Shown here: in pieces, positions 45,513-57,911 of the stretch | How the letters are laid out: every line of letters begins with the position of its first letter | How positions within the stretch are numbered: position 1 is the stretch's first letter | Source of the DNA: Eledone cirrhosa | Taxonomy: Eukaryota | Length of the DNA stretch: 64,000 bases | NCBI GenBank assembly: GCA_964016885.1 | Contig: OZ024744.1 | Location: forward strand, 91,760,001-91,824,000 | Reading direction: 5' to 3' | Made by a program: the position numbers and the translations under genes | Notes under the pieces: model-generated | The model's database searches: none | The model's input: the letters and a program-made list of their open reading frames with translations, nothing else | Told to the model about the DNA's origin: nothing

Positions 45513-45680
45513 CCATATTTCCTGGCACCGAAGGCGCTTTGTCCTTGAGGACGCACCCTAATTTTTGACCCAAAAATTTGAAAAAGAAATAATAAACAAC
45601 CTTCGTCCTCCAGGACGCATGGTAGATTTTTGAGACTTATTTTAGGAAAAAGGTAGCGTCTTTGATGCCAGGAAATATGG
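45513..45680. mobile_element. Tc1/mariner-superfamily-type MITE (168 bp) with TA target duplication
   Basis: TA|ccatatttcctggcaccgaaggcgc ... gcgtctttgatgccaggaaatatgg|TA. Confidence 0.85.
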
Positions 45681-45732
45681 TAATTGGAATTGAAAAGTTA
45701 TACATACAGGTTATTAAATTAAAAAAATTCTA

Positions 45733-45915
45733 AGGCTGGCAGTATCGGTAGAGGGTCGGACGCCATGCTTTCCAGCATAGTTACGTCCCTTTTACGATCT
45801 GAGTTCAAATCCCGCCGACGTTGACTTTGCCTTTCATCCTTACGGGGTCGATAAAATAAAGTACCAGTAATGCACTGGGTAATTGCTGGCCTTGTGCCAA
45901 AAGTAGAAACAATTA
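45733..45915 (+). mobile_element. Family A SINE
   Basis: Full consensus match. Confidence 0.85.
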
Positions 45916-46099
45916 AATTAAAAAAATTCTAACTATCGTAAAACTAAAAAGTCCAGCTGAAGGCACAAATAAATTGCTATGGCCATTACTGATGAGCCCC
46001 CCCCCCCCCCCACACACACACTGCAAGGGGCCTATGTCAATTTCCCCCCTTTTACCCCCATTAAGTCCATATGCACATGTCCACACTGATGCCATAAAT

Positions 46100-47800
46100 A
46101 AAGAGGCATTAGAATTACATTATGAGAGGTTGTTGAATGTGGAGAATACAAGAAAGAGAGAAAGGGCCTCTACTCCATGTGAAACTAACAGAGCTATGAA
46201 TTGTATGGAATTAACAAATGTGTGGTCAAATGTATAATTAAGGATATGAAGACAAGAGAAGGATGTTGAACAATCAGGAATAGTCACTGCGATGCTTAAA
46301 ATATCTTGCAAAGTAGCTCCATAGTTCAAACACTCACATAGTTGTTGTAGTAACACAGGAAGATGTTGTACCCAATGACTGTCACGGCAGCATCATTGTC
46401 TACTGTTAGACAATGATGATGCATTTGGGGAGGTGTCTACAAAGGCAAAGGACATAGGCTAGAGAAGGGAGACAACTGAGACATGAAATTAGTTGACCAG
46501 ATTATGAACGTCACTAAAAGGGTTATAATAAAATTGATTAAGGAGAGATTAGCTTAAATGTGACACAGTTTAGGTTTATGTCAGGAAGAGGCATTACTAA
46601 TGACCTCTTCCTGGTAAGTTAACATTTTTTCGTTGTTGCTCACCAAAAGCAATGTAATAAATCCATTAAAATGCATAAAATTACCGAGAAGGGAAAAGGA
46701 CAAGACAAAGGGAACATAATTCAAGGAGGTCGAGAAAGAGAAAACGGAAATGTAATAAGTCATGAGTAAGCTACTCTATATAGTTTTGTTGAAATGAAGA
46801 AAATGTTTCCGCACTTTGTGGTCTAAGAAAACTAACGAAAGGTGAATGGTTTGTGAAAACTGTGCAAATGATGTACAGCAGTGCAGTCAGCAAGGTAAAA
46901 GTTAGTGATAAATATGGCAACAAATTTAGCATGCAGATAGATAAGGGTTTGCCAGAGCTTAGTTTTCAGTCCTCTTCTATTTATTAGAGACATCCAGTGG
47001 TCTTTAATAAAGGAGTTTAAGACTGGCTGTTTATAGGAACCTTTGTATACCGGTGACCTAGTTCTTACAGCTAAATTGGTCAAAGATTTTGAGAAGAAAT
47101 TCCTAACTTGGAGGCAAAACCTTTAATCTAGAGCAGAGATTCCTAACCATTTTTTGGTGTCATTGCTCACTTTCACATGGAAAAACTTTCCACCACCTAC
47201 CTGTAGAGTAAATATTCAAAAGCATAGTAAATATTCAAAAGCATAGTAAATATTCAAAAGCATAGTAAATTTGCAGAAAAGGAGTTGGTCGCAACTCTGT
47301 ACAATGTACCAAATGTAAACTATGGATGCACAAGAGATACAGTAGAATCATGTGCAGGTTGACAGAGAAAAAAGATTTTGTATTTAATAGATACATGTGA
47401 GCAGTTAGCTGTACGAGCACCCATAAAATAAATTGCTTCAGATGCTCAGAAAGATCATAAGAAGTAGGTGATAGCTTTTGTTACTTGGGTGACATAATAA
47501 TCCGTGGATATTGATGTTCCAAAAGCATAGAAGCCACAGTAAGAATAAGTTTGAAAATGTTGACGGAGCAAATATCTATGCTGGGAATAAAGGGCATTTC
47601 TTTATCAGGGTGAACGACAGATTGTATGATTCATATGTACAAAGTGCATAGTAGAAAGACACAGGCTTTGAATGCAAAGGGTTTGCAAATACTGGAAAGA
47701 AATGAGACAAGCATTCTGTTGTGCATGGTTTGCAATGTTAGTGTGCATGAACAGTAGTGCAGAAATGAACTAAAAAATGATAAATAAATAGATATATAAT
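46100..47800 (+). mobile_element. Highly decayed RTE LINE
   Basis: Colinear remnants of HYERLLNVEN, MKLVDQ, QFGF, VLSPLLF, EFKTGC and VDSFCYLGD motifs with many stops. Confidence 0.7.
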
Positions 47801-47986
47801 AAACAGAACCAGATGTAGTGGTATGCATGAGAGAAAGATAAATTACACTAGTATAAGCTTATAATGCAATGCATTATATTTGATCAATTTAGACTTTCTC
47901 AGCAAGGCATAGACACCACTGTACTTGCTGTAGTGTTAATAAGAAAATGTAATTATATATAAATATATATATATGCAGACATGTAT

Positions 47987-48055
<69 letters not shown>

Positions 48056-48262
48056 TGTGTGTGTTATGTATTTCCGTAGAAAAGGTAAAGGAAAGAAGAA
48101 AAACGAAAAATAAATATATATACATATCATTATATACATGCATGTGTGTATATATATATATAAACAATGTATTATACATATATATATGTGTAATATATAT
48201 ATATAAGTATATATATATGTCTGTGTAATATATATATATATATATATGATGATGATGATGAT

Positions 48263-48310
<48 letters not shown>

Positions 48311-48343
48311 ATCATCATCATCATATATATATATATTACACAG

Positions 48344-48387
<44 letters not shown>

Positions 48388-48795
48388 GTTTATATACAGT
48401 TAGAAGAAAGATGTGGTGGAAGCAAAGAATTTACACTGAATGACTTGGTGGTGGAAATATTCAGAGAACAAAGAATAGATTGGTCTTAGACACTATCTGC
48501 ATGGGAAAACAACAGTTAACTTGGTATTAGCAATACTTAATGCAAAGATACTCGACTCCTTTTTATATATTATTCAATTACATATACTTTCACTTGAATA
48601 TTTGTGTAACTGGTTACAAAGGAGATATAGTTCTATTTATAAAATAGGTGTTTTGAAATATGTTGAAGTTAAAATAATAATACTGTATATTATATATATA
48701 TTCATGTAATAGTAATAATAGTATGTAATACATATTTATATATGTATTTATATATGTATTTATATATGTATTTATATATATATATATATATACGC

Positions 48796-48857
<62 letters not shown>

Positions 48858-48874
48858 CATATATATATATATAC

Positions 48875-49208
48875 ATCATCATCATCATTTCGTTTTAAGT
48901 CCGCTTTTTTCCCTGTTTGCAACTGATTCTGGCTTGATTTCCACAGCTGGATGCCCTTCCTAACACCAACCTAATTTACAGTGAGTGCTGCGTGCTTTTT
49001 TTGCTGTGGCACCTCCACGGCCACTTTGCAGTGGAATGATATGGACCCCAGTCCCTATCATCACATTTCTACAGCTGAGTAAATGTGAAATAAAGTGTCT
49101 TGCTCAAGGAAACAACACATCAAGGAAACAACAACCTGGTCTAAGAATTGAACTCACAACCTTTCGATTGCCAGGCCAATGCTCTAATCACTCAGCCATG
49201 TGCCTCCA
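48875..49208 (-). mobile_element. Family B SINE
   Basis: Reverse complement of head/CORE/tail. Confidence 0.8.
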
Positions 49209-49287
49209 TATATATATATATATATATTTATATGTATATATTTATATATAAATGTAAGTATGTATACGTACATACATATATGTATAC

Positions 49288-50099
49288 AGACGTACAGTAG
49301 AATGATGTATATACATACATACATGCACACACATATATATATGTATGTATGGGTTTACCGAACATTTATTATAATGCTCGGTTTGTTTGTAAACAAACAG
49401 CCCAAATTATTAGCCGTACAGTGTTTGGCAACCATCGTTGCTCATTTGTTCAACACTGACAAAGGAACAATGAACTAGTTTCTAGCTTATTAGCTGTCAT
49501 CAGCACCGTATACCTTCCTGTCAGTCGATTTAACGGCTGAGCAGCCTAATTTGCATATCGAGTGAGTCAGTCGGCCGGATGTACCGAGAACGATAAATGG
49601 TAAAAATGAAATTTCATTTCTCACTCTTAGTACAGCTGATACTTAAATATAAGTATGTATACGTACATACATATATGTATACAGTAGTATGTATATACAT
49701 ACATACATGCACACATATATATATGTACGTATGGGTGAGAAATGAAATTTCATTTTTACCATTTATCGTTCTCGGTACATCCGGCCGACTAACTCACTCG
49801 ATATGCAAATTAGGCTGCTCAGCCGTTAATATGCATAAGGAAAGTATATGCTTTCAAACGTTCAATCGACTGACAGGAAGCTATACGGTGCTGATGACAG
49901 CTAATAAGCTAGAAATTAGTTCACCGTTCCTTTGTCAGTGTTGAACAAAAGGGCAACGATGGTTGCCGAACACTGTACGGCTAATAATTCGGGCTGTTTG
50001 TTTACAAACAAACCGAGAATTATAATAAGTGTTTGGTAAACCCATACATACATATATATATATGTGTGCATGTATGTATATACATACTACTGTACGTCT
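49288..50099. repeat. Long inverted repeat (~340-365 bp arms), each arm carrying a minimal hammerhead motif
   Basis: Arms 49288-49624 and 49735-50099. Confidence 0.9.
49885..49927 (+). ncRNA. Putative minimal type I hammerhead ribozyme (mirror copy at 49467-49509 on minus)
   Basis: acggtg-CTGATGA-c-agct-aata-agct-a-GAAA-(t/c)tag-T-T-caccgt; stem I has 6 pairs. Confidence 0.6.
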
Positions 50100-50284
50100 A
50101 GGTAACACGGTAAAAACCTCCCAGTCCACACTGTAAACGTGGAAGATGGACGTTAAACGATGATGATGATGATATACATGTGTGTTTGTATATATATCAC
50201 ATATATATATATACATATAGGAAGGGCATCCAACCAGTGTATCAATACCAAAAACGATTATAAGCACAGCAACAAGTATATAGG

Positions 50285-53280
50285 AACAACAAAATATGAA
50301 GACGTCGCATCTCAGAGTTGCAACACTTAATGTTGGCACTCTCAGAGGTAGATCTGCTGAAATAGCGGAGATGCTGGAGAGAAGGCATGTGGTTGTGTGC
50401 TGCGTGAAAGAGGTGAGATGGAGAGGTGCCTCTGCGAGACTAGTCGCAGGCAAACATCTTAGCTATAAGCTTTTCTGGGTAGGTAAGGATGATGGGTTGG
50501 GGGAGTAGGCATTTTCCTGGCTGAGAGATGGATCAATAAGACAATAGAGGTAGTTCGAGTTAGTAATCGAATAATTAAGCTTAGATTAGTTGTAGGCAGG
50601 AGACTACTGACAATCATCTCTGCCTATGCCCCCCAAGCAGGCCTAGGTAAAGAAGAGAAAGACTGCTTTTACGAGCGACTTTTACAAACAACCGCTATGA
50701 CAGAGGACAGAGACAACGTTATGCTAGCAGGGGACTTCAATGGTCATGTTGGACAGCTCCAGGATGGTTACACTGGGGTACATGGTGGGCACGGTTACGG
50801 CTCAAGAAATGAAGAAGGGGTGAGACTTCTTGAATTTTGTGATGCAAGTACACTGACTATTTGCAACACTAACTTCCAGAAACCTGCCAACCACCTAATA
50901 ACCTATAAATCTGGCAAGCACATAAGCCAGATTGACTTCTTACTAGTTAGGCAGCGGGACAGGCAGATGGTGTCTAATACCAAGGCATACCCTGAGGAAG
51001 AATGTACCCCACAGCATAGGTTAGTCGTTAGTGATATCTCAGTAAGCAAGAGATGGAATGAGACATACAGGAAGGTGTGGAGAAGAAAGGTCTGGAAGCT
51101 AAAAGACCTTTCACTAAAATACAAATTTAGGAAAGCCCCTCAAGATGTGTATGGCGAAAAAGAAGACGATTTAGAGACGTATGACAGATAATAACTGGAA
51201 TTTCTTACGTGACAACTTACTGCAGGCTACTGATGAAACTTGTGGCTGGAGCAGAGCTCCAACCAGACAGAGAGTGACCTGGTGGTGGAACAGCACAGTA
51301 GATAAGGCCATTAAAGACAAAAGACTAGCATTGAAGGCCTGGAAAAAGGGTGGGAGTAGAGAAGGATATACAGCCGCTAAGAGAGAAGCTAGATGTCAGG
51401 TGTACTTAGCACGCAGGGAGGCTGAGAGTAGGAGGTTCGCCAATGTTCTGTAATGGGAAGATCAGAGGCGTGCGGTGTTCCACATTGCAAGGCAGTGTGT
51501 CAGTGCAAATCAGGATGTTGTTGGAGATAAATGTGTCCGGAATAATGCCGATGTACTTAGTGTCACGAATGATCAGAAAAAGGAAGCCGGGAAATGTCAT
51601 TATGAGAGACTGATAAATGTGGAGAATGAATTGAAGAGAGAGAAATTACCCTCAGTAGATCCAACAGAGGGACCAGCTATTGAGATTGATGAATATAGGG
51701 TCCAAGAGGCGATCAAGGAAATGAAAAATGGTAAGGCTGCTGGACCATCGGGGATAGTTGCTGAGATGCTGAAGGCATCAAGGGACATAGGCACTAAACT
51801 GGTTGCACGCATCATCAACCAGGCTATATAAGGTGGTGTCATACCCAAAGACTGGTGCAGCAATATTCTCATAAATTGCTACAATGGTAAAGTGGTTACT
51901 CGGGAGAGGAGCAATTATAGGGGTATAAAACTGATGGATCAGGTTAAGAAAGTGGCAGAAAGGATATTAGCACAACTAATTAGAGAAAAGGTCAAACTAG
52001 ATGAGATGCAGTTTGGTTTGTGCCTGGGAAGAGTACAACAGATGCCTTCTTCTTGGTGAGACAATTACAAGAGAGGTTATTAGAGAAAAATAAGCCACTA
52101 TACTTAGCTTTTGTTGACCTAGAGAAGGCCTTTGATAGGGTACCCCGATCTGTCATCTGGTGGTCCCTAAGGAAACTAGGTATTGAGGAATGGCTTGTGA
52201 GGACAGTGAAAACTTTGTACAGAGGTACTGTCAGTAAAATCAGAGTAGGAATGGAGTTTAGTGAGGAATTTCAGATACAAGTAGGAGTACATCAAGGTTC
52301 CGTCCTCAGCCCGCTCTTGTTCATTATAGTCCTCCAAGCCATAACAGAAGAATTTAAGACTGGCTGTCGATGGGAACTTCTCTATGCTGACAATCTGGTT
52401 CTTATAGCAGAATCAGTAGAGGATCTAGAGAATAAATTCTGGCTATGTAAACAGCAGTTGGAAGCAAGAGGACTGAGAGTGAACCTAGCTAAGACAAAAG
52501 TGTTGATGAGTAGAAAAGAGGACAAAACTCTGATTCCGTCAGGGCCAGGTTCGATATTCAGAAAAGGAATTGGCATAAATTTATAAAATGCACACAATGC
52601 AGATCCTGGGTACACAAGAGATGTAGTGGGATAGCAGGCAAGCTAACAGGTAGGGAGAAATATGTATGCAGTAGATGTACAGGGAAATTAGACAGTAGAA
52701 GTTGCATTGATAGACACCTTTTTCAAATGCAGGCGGGTGTTATAGAAATGGTGGATAGCTTCTGGTACCTAGGAGATCAGATTAGCATGGGAGGGGGGAG
52801 TGTTCCAACACCATAGTATCTAGAATAAGGACGGTTTGGAAGAAGTTTAGGAAGCTGCTTCCCCTGCTGACAAAGAAGGGTTTCTCCCTGCGTACGAAAG
52901 GCCGGTTATATGATGCCTGTGTGAGGAGCGCGATGCTGCATGGTAGTGAGACATGGGCAGCAACTGCAGAGGATATGCGAATGCTGGAGAGAAAAGAGGC
53001 AAGCATGCTCCATTGGATGTGCAATGTCAATGTGTGTGAACGACCCAGCATAAATGTGTTGAGAGAGAAACTGTGTCTGAGAGGGATAGAATGTAGTGTG
53101 CGAGAGAGGAGATTGAGATGGTATGGACATGTGATGTGCATGGAGGATGAAGGATGGGTGAAGAAGTGCCAGGAAATGCCAGTTGAAGGAAGACACAGTA
53201 GAGGTAGACCACGAAAAACATGGGCGGAGGTGGTGAGAACAGACCTCAGATCATTGAAGCTGACGGTAGAGATGATGATG
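50285..53280 (+). mobile_element. Near full-length RTE (BovB-like) LINE, pseudogenised
   Basis: ATLNVGTL, AGDFNGHVG, QIDFLL, QHRLVV, AFVDLEKAFDRVP, GVHQGSVLSPLLF, LLYADNL, GRPRKTW; several stops and frameshifts. Confidence 0.95.
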
Positions 53281-53543
53281 TTATATATATATATATATAT
53301 CATCATCATCATCATCATCATCATCAGTGAGTGCTGGGTGCCTTTTTCCGTGGTGCCTACACATCCACTTTTCAGTGTGGGCCTGGGTGCTTTTTTGCCG
53401 TGGCACCTACATGACCACTTTGCAGTGGAATGATAGGGACCCCAGTCCCTATCATTCCACTGAGTAAACTGGAGCAATGTGAAATAAAGTGTCTTGCTCA
53501 AGGAAACAACACATCACTCGGTCTGTATATATATATATATACA

Positions 53544-53584
<41 letters not shown>

Positions 53585-53896
53585 CACACACATATATATA
53601 TAACGTGTATATACATGTTTACATTCATACACACAGAGATACACACACAATCAGTCATATATATATATATATATATGTGTGTGTGTACACATATACATAT
53701 TCGTACACACACACACACACAAATATATATATGGATATATACATATATATATACATACATACTCTTTTACTCTTTTACCTGTTCCAGCCATCCAGCTGAG
53801 GCCATGCTGGGGCACCGCCCTTAAACAGGTAAAAGAGTAAAAGAGTATGTATGTATATATATATATGTATATATCTATGCATGCATGCATATATAT

Positions 53897-53962
<66 letters not shown>

Positions 53963-54094
53963 GCATATATATATATATATGCATGTATATATATATATAT
54001 ATACATGCATATATATATATGCATGTATATATACACACATATATATATATGCACATGCATATATATATACATACATATATATATATATATGTAT

Positions 54095-54139
<45 letters not shown>

Positions 54140-54336
54140 CACATACATATATATGTATATATATATGTACACACACACATACACACACATACATATATAT
54201 ATATGTACACACACGCATACACACATATATATATATATATATATACATATGTACACACACACATACACACACATATATATATATGTACACACACACATAC
54301 ACACACATACACACATATATATGTACACACACACAT

Positions 54337-54380
<44 letters not shown>

Positions 54381-54521
54381 TAGTCATCTCATCTGGTTTC
54401 ATTTGTGTTATATTTTGACTTTCAAGTAAATTTCATACATTTTGAAGATGTTATTTTCATTTCTGTTTTACACATCTTTTTTTCCTTTTCTTTCTTTCTT
54501 TTCTCCTTCATTTTCTTACTG

Positions 54522-54561
<40 letters not shown>

Positions 54562-54617
54562 TTATCTCCCTCACATACTCCCTCCCCCCTCTCTCTCTCT
54601 CTATAAATAGGTGTATT

Positions 54618-54649
<32 letters not shown>

Positions 54650-54758
54650 TATGTATTACATATATATGTGTGTGTGTATATATATATATAAATATATATA
54701 TATATAGGTATGTATATATGTATGGGTATATGTATGTGTATTTATATATATATATATA

Positions 54759-57207
54759 TCATCATCATCATCATCATCACCGTTTTACGTCCGTTCTTCC
54801 ACGCTAGCATGGGTTAGACGGGTTGTCCTGTTGTGGGCAGTGTCTGGTCGGCTGACCATGCCTTGCTCATACAGGAACTGATCTGGCTTGATTTCTACAG
54901 CTGGATGCCCTTCCTAACACCAACCTCATTTACAGTGAGTGCTGGGTGCTTTTTCGTGGCGCCTACACGTCCACTTTACAGTGTGGGCTGGGTGCTTTTT
55001 TGCCGTGGCACCTCCACGACCACCTTGCGGTGGGGGGGGGGGGGGGGGGGGGGGCATATTGTTTATATGCTTCAGCATGTACCCATGGGAGGTCGGGTAC
55101 CCTGTATTACTGCGTGACGCCAGAAGTCACGGTCGTGTGTCATTGACTTTGAGAGGTGTAGTTGGGTAAGGTCGGCTTTTATCACCTCATCCCAAGTCAT
55201 CTTGGGTCTCCCCACTCCGCGGTTTCCGTCAACTTCTAGTGCTCTGCACCTTTTTATGCAGCTGTCATCCTTCATACGCATCACATGTCCATACCAGCGT
55301 AACCGCCTCTCCTGCACGCAGCATTTGATTCCTCTTATGCTCAGTCTCTCTCTCAATTCATTTATGCTTTGTCGTTCACGTATATTACTGTTACACATCC
55401 ATCGGAGCATGCAGGCTTCGTTTCTCTCTAATCTACGTAAGTCTTCCACCTTCAGCGCCCAGGTCTCACTACCATGCAACATCGCTGTTCGGATACACGC
55501 ATCATACAGTCTGCCTTTCATTCTGAGGGAGAAGCCTTTTGCAGCTAGCAGTGGTAGTAGTTCCCTAAACTTCTTCCATCCCGTTCTTACCCTAGTTATT
55601 GTACTTTCTGAGCACCCACCTCCGTTGCTAATTCGGTCACCTAGGTAGCAGAAGCTGTCTACTGTTTCTACAGGGCCCTCCCAGAGATTGGTGGTACTTG
55701 TTTCCTGTGGCTGTTTGCTTGCTGTTTCAGCACAGCTGCTGCATGTGAATCCTACATTCTTAATTAAGCTTCCTGAGATCCCGCTACATCTCTTGTGTAC
55801 CCATTGTTTGCATTTGGGGCAAAGAATGGAGTTCCTACCTACACCTTTCCTACATACTGAGCAAGGCCATTTCCCTGAGGGGATCTGGGTTCTGTTTTCT
55901 CGTCTACTTATAAGGACCTTAGTCTTTGTCATGTTGACTTTGAGGCCCTTTCTCTCTAGTCCCTGCTTCCAGGTTTGGAATTTATTCTCTAGTTCTACCA
56001 TAGATTCAGCTATGAGTGCGAGGTCATCAGCATACAGGAGTTCCCATGGGCATCCGGTCTTAAACTCCTCCGTTATTGCCTGCAGGACTATGATGAACAG
56101 GAGAGGGCTAAGAACAGAGCCCTGGTGGACCCCAACCTGTACGCTAAATTCCTCGCTATACTCATTGCCAATCCTAACTTTGCTGACTGCTCCCCTATAC
56201 ATGGCTTGTACCGCTTTCACAAGCCATTCATCTACTCCTAGTTTTCTAAGAGCCCACCAGATTACTGCACGTGGAACTCTGTCAAAGGCTTTCTCAAGGT
56301 CGACAAATGCCAAGTAGAGTGGCTTACTTTTAGCTAGGTACTTTTCCTGTAATTGCCTCACAAGGAAGAGCGCATCAGTGGTGCCTTTCCCTGGAACAAA
56401 CCCAAATTGCATCTCGTCTATATTCACCCGGTCCCTAATCAGCTGTGCTATAACTCTTTCTGTTACTTTCATGACCTGGTCCATCAACTTTATACCTCTA
56501 TAGTTTCCTCTATCTAGTGCATCGCCTTTACCTTTGTAGCAGTTGACAATGATGCTACTGCACCAATCTTTTGGTATGGCCCCCTCTAGTATTACCTGGT
56601 TAACGATACGTGTGGTTATAGTGTGACCTACAGACCCAGATGCCTTCAGCATCTCGGCAGCTATACCCGATGGACCGGTTGCCTTCCCTATCTTCATATC
56701 TCTGATTGCCTTACTTACTACGCTGCCGCTGACTTGTACTGCTGGTCCCTCTATAGGGTCTACGTGGGGTAGGGTCTCTTCTTCCCATGCATTCTCCTCA
56801 TTTAGTAATCTATCATAATGACTCTTCCATGCATCTTTCTTCTCAGCACTTGTGAGGGCAAGCTCACCTTTATCATTCCGGATACACTTCTCTCCAATGA
56901 CATCACAACTATCTCTGACACACTGCCTCGCAATCTTGAATACCTCCTGTTTCTGGTCCTCACGTTGTAAAACATGCTTGAATTTTCTATCCTCTGCTTC
57001 CCTCCTAGCTAAGTATACTTGTCGCCTAGCTTCCCTCTTGGTCTCTATGTAATGTACCCTGCTCCCCCCGTTCTTCCATTCTTTCCATGCCTGTCTCTTG
57101 GCCTTGACTGCTTCATCTACCTTATTGTTCCACCACCAAGTCACTCTCCTCCTGCTTGAGGTCTTACTCCAGCCACAAACCTCATCCGTCGCCTCTAGTA
57201 AGTTATT
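54759..57207 (-). mobile_element. 5'-truncated RTE (BovB-like) LINE with complete 3' UTR and (GAT)n tail
   Basis: Contains the 690-aa ORF; both ends abut (TA)n. Confidence 0.95.
55072..57144 (-). CDS. RTE reverse transcriptase ORF (uninterrupted, lacks the APE domain)
   Basis: NYRGIKL, MQFGF, AFVDLEKAFDRVP, GVHQGSVLSPLLF, LLYADDLAL, Cys-rich CSVC..CPKC..H..C..CSSC insert, FCYLGD, GRPKMTW. Confidence 0.85.
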   Translation of the reverse strand: MTWWWNNKVDEAVKAKRQAWKEWKNGGSRVHYIETKREARRQVYLARREAEDRKFKHVLQREDQKQEVFKIARQCVRDSCDVIGEKCIRNDKGELALTSAEKKDAWKSHYDRLLNEENAWEEETLPHVDPIEGPAVQVSGSVVSKAIRDMKIGKATGPSGIAAEMLKASGSVGHTITTRIVNQVILEGAIPKDWCSSIIVNCYKGKGDALDRGNYRGIKLMDQVMKVTERVIAQLIRDRVNIDEMQFGFVPGKGTTDALFLVRQLQEKYLAKSKPLYLAFVDLEKAFDRVPRAVIWWALRKLGVDEWLVKAVQAMYRGAVSKVRIGNEYSEEFSVQVGVHQGSVLSPLLFIIVLQAITEEFKTGCPWELLYADDLALIAESMVELENKFQTWKQGLERKGLKVNMTKTKVLISRRENRTQIPSGKWPCSVCRKGVGRNSILCPKCKQWVHKRCSGISGSLIKNVGFTCSSCAETASKQPQETSTTNLWEGPVETVDSFCYLGDRISNGGGCSESTITRVRTGWKKFRELLPLLAAKGFSLRMKGRLYDACIRTAMLHGSETWALKVEDLRRLERNEACMLRWMCNSNIRERQSINELRERLSIRGIKCCVQERRLRWYGHVMRMKDDSCIKRCRALEVDGNRGVGRPKMTWDEVIKADLTQLHLSKSMTHDRDFWRHAVIQGTRPPMGTC

Positions 57208-57509
57208 TTTATATATATATATATATTTTTTTTTTTATTCCAGAAATAGCCGAAACGGCTTGAGCTCTGCCGTCGGGGGTCATACTTTCTCCTATTACCC
57301 TCTCTACTACCCTAAGTATTGAGTACTCTGGTGCATTATGGTCCATCTGGTTGCTTACCACAACTCCTTCGTTATATGCATGCATTATATATATATGTAT
57401 ATATGTATATATACATATATTTATTTATATGTAATATCTATTATATTGGGTATTTTAAATACCAGTTTACTGAAATCATTCAAACAATTGTATTGTGTGT
57501 ATGTATATT

Positions 57510-57909
57510 ACCTTGATCACCTTCACCGACCAGTCTGTCGGGCACCATTCGGCGCCGCTGGTCACAGCACGCTGCTATTTTAGCCATACGATGATGCCAT
57601 CCCACTGGCTGGGCAGGCAGGCCGTAAGTCTAAAGTCTGTCTTAAGCCAGAAGGCTTGTTTGGCCGGTGCTTATCCCGGTTTCATGGCATGAAGCGACTG
57701 AGAGTACAAGACTCCCTCCTGGACAGGACGCCAGTCCATCGCAGGGTTAAACCTCCAGCTATTGCTGGTACTCATTTCCAGCTGAGTATACTGGAGCAAC
57801 GTGAAATGAAGTGTTTTGCTCAAGGAAACAACACATTACCCGGTCTGAGAATTGAACTCACAACCTTTCGATTGCAAGGCCAATGCTCTAACCACGAAGT
57901 CATGCGCCT
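57510..57909 (-). mobile_element. CORE-type SINE with a different body (gcgatggactggcgtcctgtccagg...gaaaccgggataagc)
   Basis: Same tRNA head and CORE as family B but no RTE tail. Confidence 0.75.
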
Positions 57910-57911
57910 TC

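Noticed and set aside
47207-47270. Triple 19-bp repeat agtaaatattcaaaagcat as a regulatory array
   Set aside because: Local slippage duplication inside a decayed LINE
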